NCBI GenBank assembly: GCA_029856435.1
Contig: JAHQXB010000073.1
Coordinates: forward strand, 1 to 36,210
Direction of reading: 5' to 3'
DNA: 36,210 nt
From: Candidatus Jordarchaeia archaeon
GTDB taxonomy: Archaea > Asgardarchaeota > Jordiarchaeia > Jordiarchaeales > Jordiarchaeaceae
Shown here: positions 27,337-35,879 of the stretch, in pieces
How positions within the stretch are numbered: the stretch's first letter is position 1
Layout of the letters: each line of letters opens with the position of its first letter
Made by a program: the position numbers and the translations under genes
Notes under the pieces: generated by a model
Told to the model about the DNA's origin: nothing
The model's database searches: none
The model's input: the letters and a program-made list of their open reading frames with translations, nothing else

Positions 27337-29937
27337 GTGTCTAGAAGGGCAATAACATTCACGCTACTCCCCCTCATAATTGTCCTAATGGTTTCCAGCC
27401 TCTTTGCTGTTCTAACCATGTCAATCAGTTACCAGTCCCAACCCCTAAACGAAGTGAAACCTGTTTATGTTCCCAAATCTGCGGTGAGTGTTGCCTATCT
27501 TACAAATCAATCCACTCCCTTAAAATGGGAGAAATATTTTACAAATGGTTCAAGTCAAGCTAACCTGCAGAATGCAATTGGTTTCCTCTCATCTCTGGGT
27601 ACTCGTCACACATCACGGACGGAGTGTAACACTTCTGCAGATTATATTTTTGCAGCTCTTCAATCCTATGGTTACCTGCCCTCAAGAGACTATTTCTCTG
27701 TTATTTGGCAAAACGTATCCTACGTTACCCAAAACATATACTGTGTTAAGCCCTCAGCCTCTCAAGAAATAATCCTTCTTGTCTGCCATTACGACTCTAT
27801 AAGAGTTCTAAGAATAGGGGACACGATTTTGGGTCTTCAAAACACCAACTGTCCCGGAGCGGTTGACGACGCTGCGGGAGTGGCGATACTTTTAGAGACC
27901 GCCCGTCTACTATATAATGTGAGCTTTGAGAAAACCATTGTTTTCGCTTTTCTGAGCGGAGAGGAGGGAAACAGCACCCAAGAACACTGGTTCGGCTCAC
28001 AGCAACTAGTCACCCAAGGATACCAATTATTCACCACCCAACTTTCAAACATAAAAAGAGTAGTTTATCTAGACACTATTGGGGAGCTCCCCTACGGCGA
28101 GCCAAATGGACAAATAGGAATATTTTCGGAACCAACATTATGGACACATAAAAGTTCACTTATAAGCGCAGCCACAGATCTCGGAATAAATATACTTTCT
28201 GAAAACGCTCCCCGAGCCGGCTCTATTTCCCAAGCTAAAAAGGAATTCTACTCAGAATGGTACCTACAATCAGTGCTACCCACAATAACTATCTCCCAAA
28301 CTAACTCGACTCTCACTACAAGCGATAGGCTCACCCAACTTGACACCTCCTCCATAATAGATTACACTCTTATTGAAAATGTAGCCAAAATTCTCACCGC
28401 CTCACTGGTAAGAGAATTCTTCACGCTTCCACCAAGCTCCCCCAGCCATGCACATGAGTGGAACGAACTCTTAAGCCTCTATCTAGGCGGAGTCACCTTC
28501 TTTGAGCAGGATTACACAGAGTACTTATCCCACCCCAGTTCAAACGTGGTAATAATTGGGCCGGGATTGAACTTTTCAGAAAAAGAACTCCAAGACCTAG
28601 CCGCCATAAATAAGCCCCTCATCTGCACTGGGAACAGTGGTATAAATCTACTTGGAGGCTTAGGCGCCCAATTAACCAGCAGTACTAGCAACACTAATCA
28701 TGTTAACCTAGTAAGTGTAGATCTGTTCTACCACCCAATATGGGAAAATGTGGAGGAAAACATCACCGTTACGATTAATCAGGGTGAAACAACTCTCATC
28801 ACCGTTGGAAGCAGTTTTTTCTCATTCCTAGAATACCAGGATAAATGCTGGCTGGGCTGCTATTACGGTCATACCTTCTCCAAGTATGTTTTCTACGTGG
28901 GGCGGGACAATCCCGCTAATCTCAGCGGCAAAGCAAAACACATTCTTAGTAATCTTGTTTCTTGGTGTTCCAAACAGGAGGACTACCATCTGCAGCTTCA
29001 ACCCTCAAAAATTGTGGGTGGACAAAAAACAAATCTCACTATGGCTGTGAGAAACGCTCTCAGCTGGGAGGTGGTAGAGGCAGCCTCTTTTATGGTAAGC
29101 ATCACCCAGAATGGTGAGCAAATATTTCAAGGTGTTGTACCAACAACAAATGGCTACTTTACTATAGAAGTCACACTAAAGGTGGGAAAATGTGTCCTCT
29201 CTGCTTCCAGCGGCATAATTTCTGCAACTAGAGAAGTTGGCGTAATTCCTCCTTTTAACGTTCAAATGTTTTATCCTCCCACCTCGACTCAGGATGAGTA
29301 TTTACTTTTAGCTGTTATACTAGAAAGCTCATCTTCCCAAGACCAAAATCTTCAAGTATTCATACCCGAGCTTCGGGTTTATACTCAGATCCATCTGCCT
29401 CCAAATGGTTCAGTAATAATATATATTCCTGCAGTCTATACTCCATCGTCTCCCTACGACCAGGGTATTCATCTTTTCACGACTATAGTTCAAGGCCACT
29501 GTTCCAACGTTTTAGCCTTCCCGATGTTCATTTACCCATCCCTTAGAAGCACTGTTTTTGGATATGTCCTCCCCTTTGCCGCCTTACTGACCTGCAGCAT
29601 TTTTTCCTACAGAAGAGTATTCCACATTAAGCCCCCGAAAGAGATTCAGCTCCGGGAAGCTGAGAGAAGGGAGAGAAGAAAATTCTTTGAGGGGCTCATC
29701 TTAGAAAACCCAAAAGATGTTGAAATACTGATAAAGTATCTGAGGGAGACGGGGTTCGTGGAAATGGGTGAAAACCGATTCTACAATTTCCAAGCCATAG
29801 TTGAGATAAAAACCAGAGGGGAGAACTCCATTGTCAGAATCTTTTCCTCTCAAAGAGGTTTCTATGAACATTTACAATTGAAGTTGGAGGAGTGGGAAAG
29901 CCAATCTCAAGGAGGTATGCGAAGTGATGTGGGGTGA
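27337..29937 (+). CDS. Surface-anchored M28-family peptidase-like protein with GATase-like and Ig-like domains and a C-terminal TM
   Basis: GTG at 27337 after GGTGG, then a signal/TM segment; VCHYDS, GAVDDAAGVA, SGEEG, YLDTIG; TM near the C-terminus followed by a basic segment. Confidence 0.88.
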   Translation: MSRRAITFTLLPLIIVLMVSSLFAVLTMSISYQSQPLNEVKPVYVPKSAVSVAYLTNQSTPLKWEKYFTNGSSQANLQNAIGFLSSLGTRHTSRTECNTSADYIFAALQSYGYLPSRDYFSVIWQNVSYVTQNIYCVKPSASQEIILLVCHYDSIRVLRIGDTILGLQNTNCPGAVDDAAGVAILLETARLLYNVSFEKTIVFAFLSGEEGNSTQEHWFGSQQLVTQGYQLFTTQLSNIKRVVYLDTIGELPYGEPNGQIGIFSEPTLWTHKSSLISAATDLGINILSENAPRAGSISQAKKEFYSEWYLQSVLPTITISQTNSTLTTSDRLTQLDTSSIIDYTLIENVAKILTASLVREFFTLPPSSPSHAHEWNELLSLYLGGVTFFEQDYTEYLSHPSSNVVIIGPGLNFSEKELQDLAAINKPLICTGNSGINLLGGLGAQLTSSTSNTNHVNLVSVDLFYHPIWENVEENITVTINQGETTLITVGSSFFSFLEYQDKCWLGCYYGHTFSKYVFYVGRDNPANLSGKAKHILSNLVSWCSKQEDYHLQLQPSKIVGGQKTNLTMAVRNALSWEVVEAASFMVSITQNGEQIFQGVVPTTNGYFTIEVTLKVGKCVLSASSGIISATREVGVIPPFNVQMFYPPTSTQDEYLLLAVILESSSSQDQNLQVFIPELRVYTQIHLPPNGSVIIYIPAVYTPSSPYDQGIHLFTTIVQGHCSNVLAFPMFIYPSLRSTVFGYVLPFAALLTCSIFSYRRVFHIKPPKEIQLREAERRERRKFFEGLILENPKDVEILIKYLRETGFVEMGENRFYNFQAIVEIKTRGENSIVRIFSSQRGFYEHLQLKLEEWESQSQGGMRSDVG

Positions 29938-30382
29938 AGAAATAGTAGGTGGGATACTAGGCTATCTACTAACAGATGGAGTCATGTTGCTCGTTGCATT
30001 CCTTTTGCTGTTTCTAGCTCTCAAAATCATCATGGTAATACTTGGAACGGAAGAAAACAGAGTGCGTCCCCTACCTTTATCCGGGGCTCAATGGCCTGAA
30101 AAAGCTAATCCCTATATTCAAATAGCCGAGGCCTTGGAGAGGGGGGATCAGAGAGCCTTACTCTGGTTAATGAGCCAAAACACACTAAGAAGAAGGATTT
30201 TTAGAGCTCTAAACTCTTTTGCGGTTGATTTGTTTTTGGGCACCGTATCCATATTATCTGTCCTGAGCATATACATCAAAATTAGGGCCATTCCAGTTCA
30301 GGATTGGATTGTAATCATAATGGCAGCGGCGGCCCTTATTCTCATAGGCATCTCATATTGGAGGGTAAAAGTTGAGAATTAA
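29924..30382 (+). CDS. Small membrane protein with 3-4 TM helices
   Basis: GGAGGT SD, overlaps the end of the M28-like gene, strongly hydrophobic ends. Confidence 0.8.
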   Translation: MMWGEEIVGGILGYLLTDGVMLLVAFLLLFLALKIIMVILGTEENRVRPLPLSGAQWPEKANPYIQIAEALERGDQRALLWLMSQNTLRRRIFRALNSFAVDLFLGTVSILSVLSIYIKIRAIPVQDWIVIIMAAAALILIGISYWRVKVEN

Positions 30383-30478
30383 AGATGATGTGGAACACTT
30401 GAAAACTCAAATTGAGACTCCCAGAACTTACTCTAACATTCACTGTTACCTAATTAGAGTTAAAGGAGGTTTAAAGAA

Positions 30479-31360
30479 GTGTCAATTGAAAAAATAAAGG
30501 CCAAAGCAAAAAGTGTGAAGCCCGGAGAAGTGGAGTTTGAAGAAGTTACATTTGACAGCCCCGCCACTATTGAGTGGTCTGATAGAAACGCCAAAATCTT
30601 CAGCCCAATAAATGTAGCCAAGTTCATGATGGTGTTCATAGTCTGCATACTTTCCTACTTTTTATCCAATGTTTACTTATCCTATCCCTACTGGGTAATT
30701 GCAACTGCTGCTTGCACCTATATCGCGCTTTGTGCAGTTAGCACCAAGGCAGCTTCACCCTTTCTTAAACTATTAAGTCATGGAAAGTGGCCTAGCAAAG
30801 AAAAGTTTTCACTGGTTAACCCCTTTCAGGATTTAACATTTTTCTTTATGAATGGAGAGGAATCTGTACTAATAATGCGTGACAGTTACAAGCTAGCAGC
30901 CTACGCCATGATGAAGGTTGAGGAAATTCCCCTAAACATTAGAGGCGATTTCAAATACTTCTTCCGAACACTATACCTGCAAAAACTACCAGTAATCTAT
31001 TTTGTAGAGAGCAGCCCAGTGTCTGAGAAAATTGTGAAATATTTACCGAACATGGAAGAAAAAAGTCAAAGGTACCTAGCCAAGAAAGACCCATCACGCA
31101 GAAAAACATTCCTCTGGGGAGGAGGAGGCATCTGGACAACCCGTATAGTTCTGGGAACCAAAAAAGAAATAATAGCGCCAGTAAGACTTGACAATTCCAT
31201 TAAAAAACTGGTTGAAGAAGTGAAAATGAACGCTTTTTCCCTAGCCACCGCATTCGAGAACTCCTACCCTCACTGCAAAATTGAACCCCTAGTGGGCGAA
31301 TCCCTCCTAGAAGCTACTAAAGCTATGCTCACTGGAGGAGGAGTATCCCATTTTTTCTAA
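30479..31360 (+). CDS. N-terminal membrane part of a VirB4/HerA/CedB-like protein
   Basis: Two TMs, GGIWTTRIVL segment, ends at the slippery T TTT TTC immediately followed by TAA. Confidence 0.8.
   Translation: MSIEKIKAKAKSVKPGEVEFEEVTFDSPATIEWSDRNAKIFSPINVAKFMMVFIVCILSYFLSNVYLSYPYWVIATAACTYIALCAVSTKAASPFLKLLSHGKWPSKEKFSLVNPFQDLTFFFMNGEESVLIMRDSYKLAAYAMMKVEEIPLNIRGDFKYFFRTLYLQKLPVIYFVESSPVSEKIVKYLPNMEEKSQRYLAKKDPSRRKTFLWGGGGIWTTRIVLGTKKEIIAPVRLDNSIKKLVEEVKMNAFSLATAFENSYPHCKIEPLVGESLLEATKAMLTGGGVSHFF
31351..31360 (+). other. Candidate -1 frameshift site T TTT TTC TAA
   Basis: X XXY YYZ heptamer in the correct phase. The -1 frame is open from 31321 into the 31387-32925 ORF and reads FFLTGLEAALTFVDL. 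Confidence 0.65.
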
Positions 31361-31386
31361 CAGGACTGGAGGCGGCTCTAACATTC

Positions 31387-32925
31387 GTGGATCTCGCAGA
31401 TTTCATGTCCAAGGGATTAGTGGTTAAACCAGCGGCAGAATTCATCAGCCCCTCCGTAGATTACGACTTACTACTGGGAAGAGTAATTGAAACAGAAACC
31501 TACAAGGAAGATGTGGACGTAGGACTAAAAGTAGAGCACTTGCACAGGGGCATTATGGTTGCGGGAGGAAGCCAAGATGAACGTAACGCCACCAACCTAA
31601 AAATCATCTTTGAAGCTTCCAACTTTTCGTGGAACTACCTAATGGTGGATACAAAGAATCAACTTAGAAAACTAGTGAAGTTGAACCCCGAAACACGCGT
31701 ATACCCCAGCAAAAGTATATGCATAAATCCCCTCGATCCAGAAGACTCAAGCATTTCCGAATACATTTCCCTGCTGCTCCAACTATTCCAAATCCTATGG
31801 AACCTCACAGACAGGCAGAGCATCTGTTTAAATGAAGCATTAAGGAGCGTCTACGAGAAATACGAGAATGCCACCCCCACCCTTGAGGATTTGAGAAACG
31901 CCTTAATCAGTCAGAGTTCGTCCAAACTAAGAACCCCACAGGAGAGAAGTGAAATAGAAGGAGTGATACGAAGCATAACAGGATTACTTGTTTCTGAAGA
32001 ATCTCCAACAATAAATGGGCGCTCCACAATGCCCTTCGGAGACCTCACAACCAACCCCACGATTATTGAAATAACATCGAAAGACCGCCATTTTTCGTGC
32101 TTCCTAAAGGGTTTGATGATAGTAAAAGCCCTGGCCACCGATACGAAAAGATATTCCATATTTATCGACGATGCTGAGGAGATTTTCAAAAACATACGGT
32201 TTGGGTGGAAAACACAACAAGTCTATTTCCAGGAACACCTAACAGGATGGGTGGAAAGCCTAAAGGGAATGAAAGTGGGATTACACATTTCAACCAGTCT
32301 ACCCAGACTAATCTACGGCCCGGTTCGCCCCCTGATAGAAACCCAAATATTCCACAAACTAGTTTCAGGCGAAGACATCGACGCAGCAGGAGACTTATTG
32401 GGCCTAGAGGAACACGCACCAGGTATACACTCCGATAAAAGGGAAAGACTCTACCAAAAAACCTACCTCAAATACCTAAAAGAGGGAGAAGCCCTTTTCC
32501 ACAGACCAGACCTGCCAACCGGATTCCCCATCAAAATACACTACCCCACACTGGTATTCTCAATGCCGCCCTCAGACCAAGAAATAAAAATTAGACTCCA
32601 AGATCTTTATCCTCCCCAAAACGTCAACCTCCCAGAAAGCTTACCATCCACCACGCTTGAAAGAGATTTGAAAAATGAAAGCGAACACGCCGCAGAAATA
32701 CTGCAACTACTCCACGAATACCCCCAACTCTCCTCAACAAACATAGTGCTAAGCCTAAAAATGGAGGTGGAACCAGAAAAAATAAGGTATCTCCTCGAAA
32801 AGCTCAAGGAACTAGAATACCTCAAGGAAAGACTAGAAATCTGGAAATCAAAAACAAAAAGGGTATACTCCCTAACACTAAAAGGAGAACAAGCCCTAAA
32901 AGAATATACAGAATCCAAACATTGA
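31387..32925 (+). CDS. HerA/VirB4 (DUF87)-like P-loop-fold domain with degenerate Walker A and a C-terminal wHTH; probably the C-terminal part of a ~815-aa frameshifted gene
   Basis: LLLGRV, LHRGIMVAGGSQDER, LMVDTKNQ, INPLDP, IFIDDAEE, TQIFHKL, LKEGEALF; C-terminal LEKLKELEYL...YSLTLKG. Confidence 0.85.
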   Translation: MDLADFMSKGLVVKPAAEFISPSVDYDLLLGRVIETETYKEDVDVGLKVEHLHRGIMVAGGSQDERNATNLKIIFEASNFSWNYLMVDTKNQLRKLVKLNPETRVYPSKSICINPLDPEDSSISEYISLLLQLFQILWNLTDRQSICLNEALRSVYEKYENATPTLEDLRNALISQSSSKLRTPQERSEIEGVIRSITGLLVSEESPTINGRSTMPFGDLTTNPTIIEITSKDRHFSCFLKGLMIVKALATDTKRYSIFIDDAEEIFKNIRFGWKTQQVYFQEHLTGWVESLKGMKVGLHISTSLPRLIYGPVRPLIETQIFHKLVSGEDIDAAGDLLGLEEHAPGIHSDKRERLYQKTYLKYLKEGEALFHRPDLPTGFPIKIHYPTLVFSMPPSDQEIKIRLQDLYPPQNVNLPESLPSTTLERDLKNESEHAAEILQLLHEYPQLSSTNIVLSLKMEVEPEKIRYLLEKLKELEYLKERLEIWKSKTKRVYSLTLKGEQALKEYTESKH

Positions 32926-32955
32926 TCAAAACCATACACAAAAAACTAAAACAGC

Positions 32956-33265
32956 AACCGTTCTGACCCAGTGTTAACCTCGCATAACTTGGGGTTCCCT
33001 CCCTCAAGTTTCGTACGGAGACCGGTTCGCCCCGGGGAACGGTTGAAGCAGGCACATCTCTCCTGCTTTCGATGGGAGGATGTTCCCAGTTATGGCCCTG
33101 TCCTCTTTTGGGCTTTTTCGAACCTTCCCGCATTCCGGGCTGGGCTGGAATCGGCTGCGCGATATGTATGTGTGGTTGTTTTTGAGGAATGATGGGTTTA
33201 ATGGTTTTTCTTTAATGTTAACTGTTGGAAGTTAACAAACTTTCTAATTAGAAGCAGTTTTAACA
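32956..33265 (-). repeat. Copy 2 of the ~310-bp element (inverted)
   Basis: Reverse complement aligns with 8588-8900 from TGTTAAAACTGCTTCTA to GGGTCAGAACGGTT. Confidence 0.92.
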
Positions 33266-33628
33266 ATCCAACCACAAAAATTCACTCAAAACCAAAAAAT
33301 AAAAATTCCCAATAACAATTCCACGCAAAGATTCCCAAAACATCCCGCAACAGGGCATCCGCCGTAAAAGTTTCCAAAAGTCCTAGCTGGCCACACTCAA
33401 CCACGCATCCCTCTTCCACTAATTTATATCAATCTTCCAAAAATTCTTTTTTCCCACTTTTAACGAGCTGGGCCTTTTCAAGAAAATGTAAACAGTCAAC
33501 TTCTAAAAAATTAGTGTTCTAACGTTCTTGTGTTTGTATTTTTAGGTGAAGAAATTGATTTGATTTAAAAATGAAAGGAAACTTTTTAAAAATAAGAGAG
33601 TTACTTTCTTAGAGGTTTTTGTGTTTGA

Positions 33629-34573
33629 GTGGTGGTGAAGGCTCCCTTGGAAAACTTGGTGATGATAAAGGGTGAGAGACCTTTATGGCCCTCCTCCTCA
33701 AATGTTCTCGTCATTAGGGACGGTGATGGACTCATAATGGTTGAAGCGGGATGTGGAGGTAAAGAGTTTTCCCAGAGGCTGGTCAGCAAAATGCGTTCAA
33801 TGGGACTACCGCCAGAAAAGGTGCACACAATAGTTTTATCTCACGCACACCCCGACCATATGGGAGGAATTTCCACATTCCTTAAAATAAGCCAACCCCT
33901 AGTAATCATATCCGAAATAGATGCCCCCTCAGCCCGCAACCCCAATCTCCTAACTGATTCCTTTGATGTTCTAATGGGCAAGGAGTATTTTCCCGAGTTG
34001 GGATTCAAAGACTCTGGTCTAGACCTCTTAACCCTTTTCGAAAAAATATCAAATTGCCCTATGGCCAGCGCTGAACCGGATAAAACCGTTAAGGAGGGTG
34101 ACAAAATCCAAATGGGCGACTACCTCTTTGAGGTTCTACACACTCCAGGGCATTCGCCGGGCCACATCTCACTTGTAGACCGGGAAGAGAAAATCTGCTA
34201 CTCGGGAGATGTGGTGGGTGATGTAGTGGCTTGGTACTCGCCCAGCTCGGGAGGAGTCTTAGGATACCTTACCAGCTTGGAAAAAATTGAAAAGTGCGAC
34301 CTGCAGAAAATTTATCCCTCCCACGGTGAAATAATTACCGAAAAAGAAAAGGCCATAGGGCGAATTAGAGGAAAACTCTATGAGAGAGAAAATCTCATCC
34401 TAAAAGAACTTGAAAATGGCCCCAGACAATTCAGAGAACTAGTTGAAAAAATGTTCCCAAGCCCCAACCAACAGTTTTTCCCCGGAGTCCAAATATTAGA
34501 AAGCCACCTCATCAAGCTAGAAAAAGAGAAAAAGACCACCCGCCAAAACCATCTAGTAATGCCCCTAAAATAA
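33629..34573 (+). CDS. Metallo-beta-lactamase-fold hydrolase with a C-terminal winged helix
   Basis: HAHPDH, HTPGHSPGH, SGD and PSHG motifs. Confidence 0.94.
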   Translation: MVVKAPLENLVMIKGERPLWPSSSNVLVIRDGDGLIMVEAGCGGKEFSQRLVSKMRSMGLPPEKVHTIVLSHAHPDHMGGISTFLKISQPLVIISEIDAPSARNPNLLTDSFDVLMGKEYFPELGFKDSGLDLLTLFEKISNCPMASAEPDKTVKEGDKIQMGDYLFEVLHTPGHSPGHISLVDREEKICYSGDVVGDVVAWYSPSSGGVLGYLTSLEKIEKCDLQKIYPSHGEIITEKEKAIGRIRGKLYERENLILKELENGPRQFRELVEKMFPSPNQQFFPGVQILESHLIKLEKEKKTTRQNHLVMPLK

Positions 34574-34600
34574 CTTCTTGAAGAGAGATGCATAATGGCG

Positions 34601-34708
34601 GGTGATGTAGAATTGTTCGGTTTCGCCTCAAAAAAGGGGTGTTTATAGGGCTTCTTTCACGATTTGGAGCCTTATTAGGGAGATAGAACCGAATAAATCT
34701 GCATCACC
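34601..34708. mobile_element. 108-bp MITE, copy 1, with 10-bp TSD CATAATGGCG
   Basis: 22-bp TIRs matching at 19/22 (GGTGATGTAGAATTGTTCGGTT...AACCGAATAAATCTGCATCACC). CATAATGGCG at 34591-34600 and 34709-34718. Confidence 0.9.
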
Positions 34709-34784
34709 CATAATGGCGTAGCGCTTCAAACCTCCCTTTTCAAAATTGTTGGTAGTCGTAAAGAGTAGAAGGCTGCGTACCCGC

Positions 34785-35561
34785 CTAGTAATAGATAATG
34801 TTACCGTTACTTTCTATATCGTAATAAAGTTTTGTGGTATCAAATGGAAATGGAGCCTTAATAACCTGCATATAATTTCTTAATTTTTCTCCAGTTTCCT
34901 CCACTTTGAAGTGAATTATTACATCGCTAAGCTGGGATAATATGGCTCTAAACTTGGTTTCATGGGCATCCATATTCAACATGTAGAAAGCCAGATCCCC
35001 ATACTGTTTGTGGAAACGTATGGCCCTCCTATAAAATCTTGCAACTTCCTCCTCAGGTATTCCCATAGAAAGATCGGTTAAGGTCTCAAATATCCAAATA
35101 GCCCATGAGCTTGAAGGCAAATCTTCTCTAACACTCCTCATAAGGGAAAGCAATCTGTTAGTGTCAAAGGGTTCATCTAGAGGGTAAACCTTATCCCGTA
35201 AACTTAATCCTTCACTTAAGGGTTGGCTGGAAAAACAGTCAATAATCCTTATCCTATCAAAACTGATAAGCTCCTTACTATTTTGAGTCTCTTCTCCCTT
35301 ACGCCAAAAAGTCGTCGCCATATACAGGAAATCATCAACTGGCCTAACATAGTCCACAATAACAACATAGAATTCCCTCTTGCCTAAGAAGGGCATATTC
35401 AAGTTCATAAACTCCCAGTATCTGAAATTGATCTGGTGAAGTATTAACACTATAGAATTACTTAAAATTCCCCCACCTAGACGTTCATCCAATTTTGGTA
35501 TGCCTGTGCTAATCAAGTCATACCTGGCCATGGGATTGCTAACTGAAGAGATGTCCATCAC
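34785..35561 (-). CDS. KaiC/RAD55-like protein with no Walker A
   Basis: ISTGIPKLDERLGGG, IRIIDCF, QLSDVIIHF...NYMQVIKAP; paralogue of the N-terminal domain of 3556-4812. Confidence 0.85.
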   Translation of the reverse strand: MMDISSVSNPMARYDLISTGIPKLDERLGGGILSNSIVLILHQINFRYWEFMNLNMPFLGKREFYVVIVDYVRPVDDFLYMATTFWRKGEETQNSKELISFDRIRIIDCFSSQPLSEGLSLRDKVYPLDEPFDTNRLLSLMRSVREDLPSSSWAIWIFETLTDLSMGIPEEEVARFYRRAIRFHKQYGDLAFYMLNMDAHETKFRAILSQLSDVIIHFKVEETGEKLRNYMQVIKAPFPFDTTKLYYDIESNGNIIYY

Positions 35562-35771
35562 TCCACTTGTAGACTTCTTTAATTCTGGTTTCTGTTTAGC
35601 TTTTTCTATTATAATCCTACCTCCCCAACCTTTTAGCTAAATGAATATCAGACTCATTTAAATGTTTAATACGAACCATTTTTCTTATCAGATAATACTC
35701 CTAAACCTTTATTTTCGCTCTGTGCTATTATACTTTTAAACATTTTTAAAACTTTTTGGTCATCTTACCGG

Positions 35772-35879
35772 GGTGGTGTAGAATTGTTCGGTTTCGCCTC
35801 AAAAAGGTGTGTTTATAGGACTTCTTTCACGGTTTGGAGCCTTATTTAGGGAGATGGAACCGAATAAATCTGCATCACC
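35772..35879. mobile_element. 108-bp MITE, copy 2, with 10-bp TSD ATCTTACCGG
   Basis: Near-identical to 34601-34708. ATCTTACCGG at 35762-35771 and 35880-35889. Confidence 0.9.

Noticed and set aside
8560-33300. A recently inserted transposon or provirus
   Set aside because: No target-site duplication found at the outer ends, the repeats are clearly diverged, and no integrase, transposase, capsid or tRNA att site is visible. Mobility is unproven.
2373-34593. Many short antisense or alternate-frame ORFs inside long genes (e.g. 4533-4838, 16660-17067, 24025-24357, 31911-32195)
   Set aside because: Shadows of well-supported genes, with no motifs or ribosome-binding sites.
34601-35879. Composite transposon carrying the KaiC-like gene
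   Set aside because: Each MITE has its own distinct TSD on both sides, which indicates two independent insertions.
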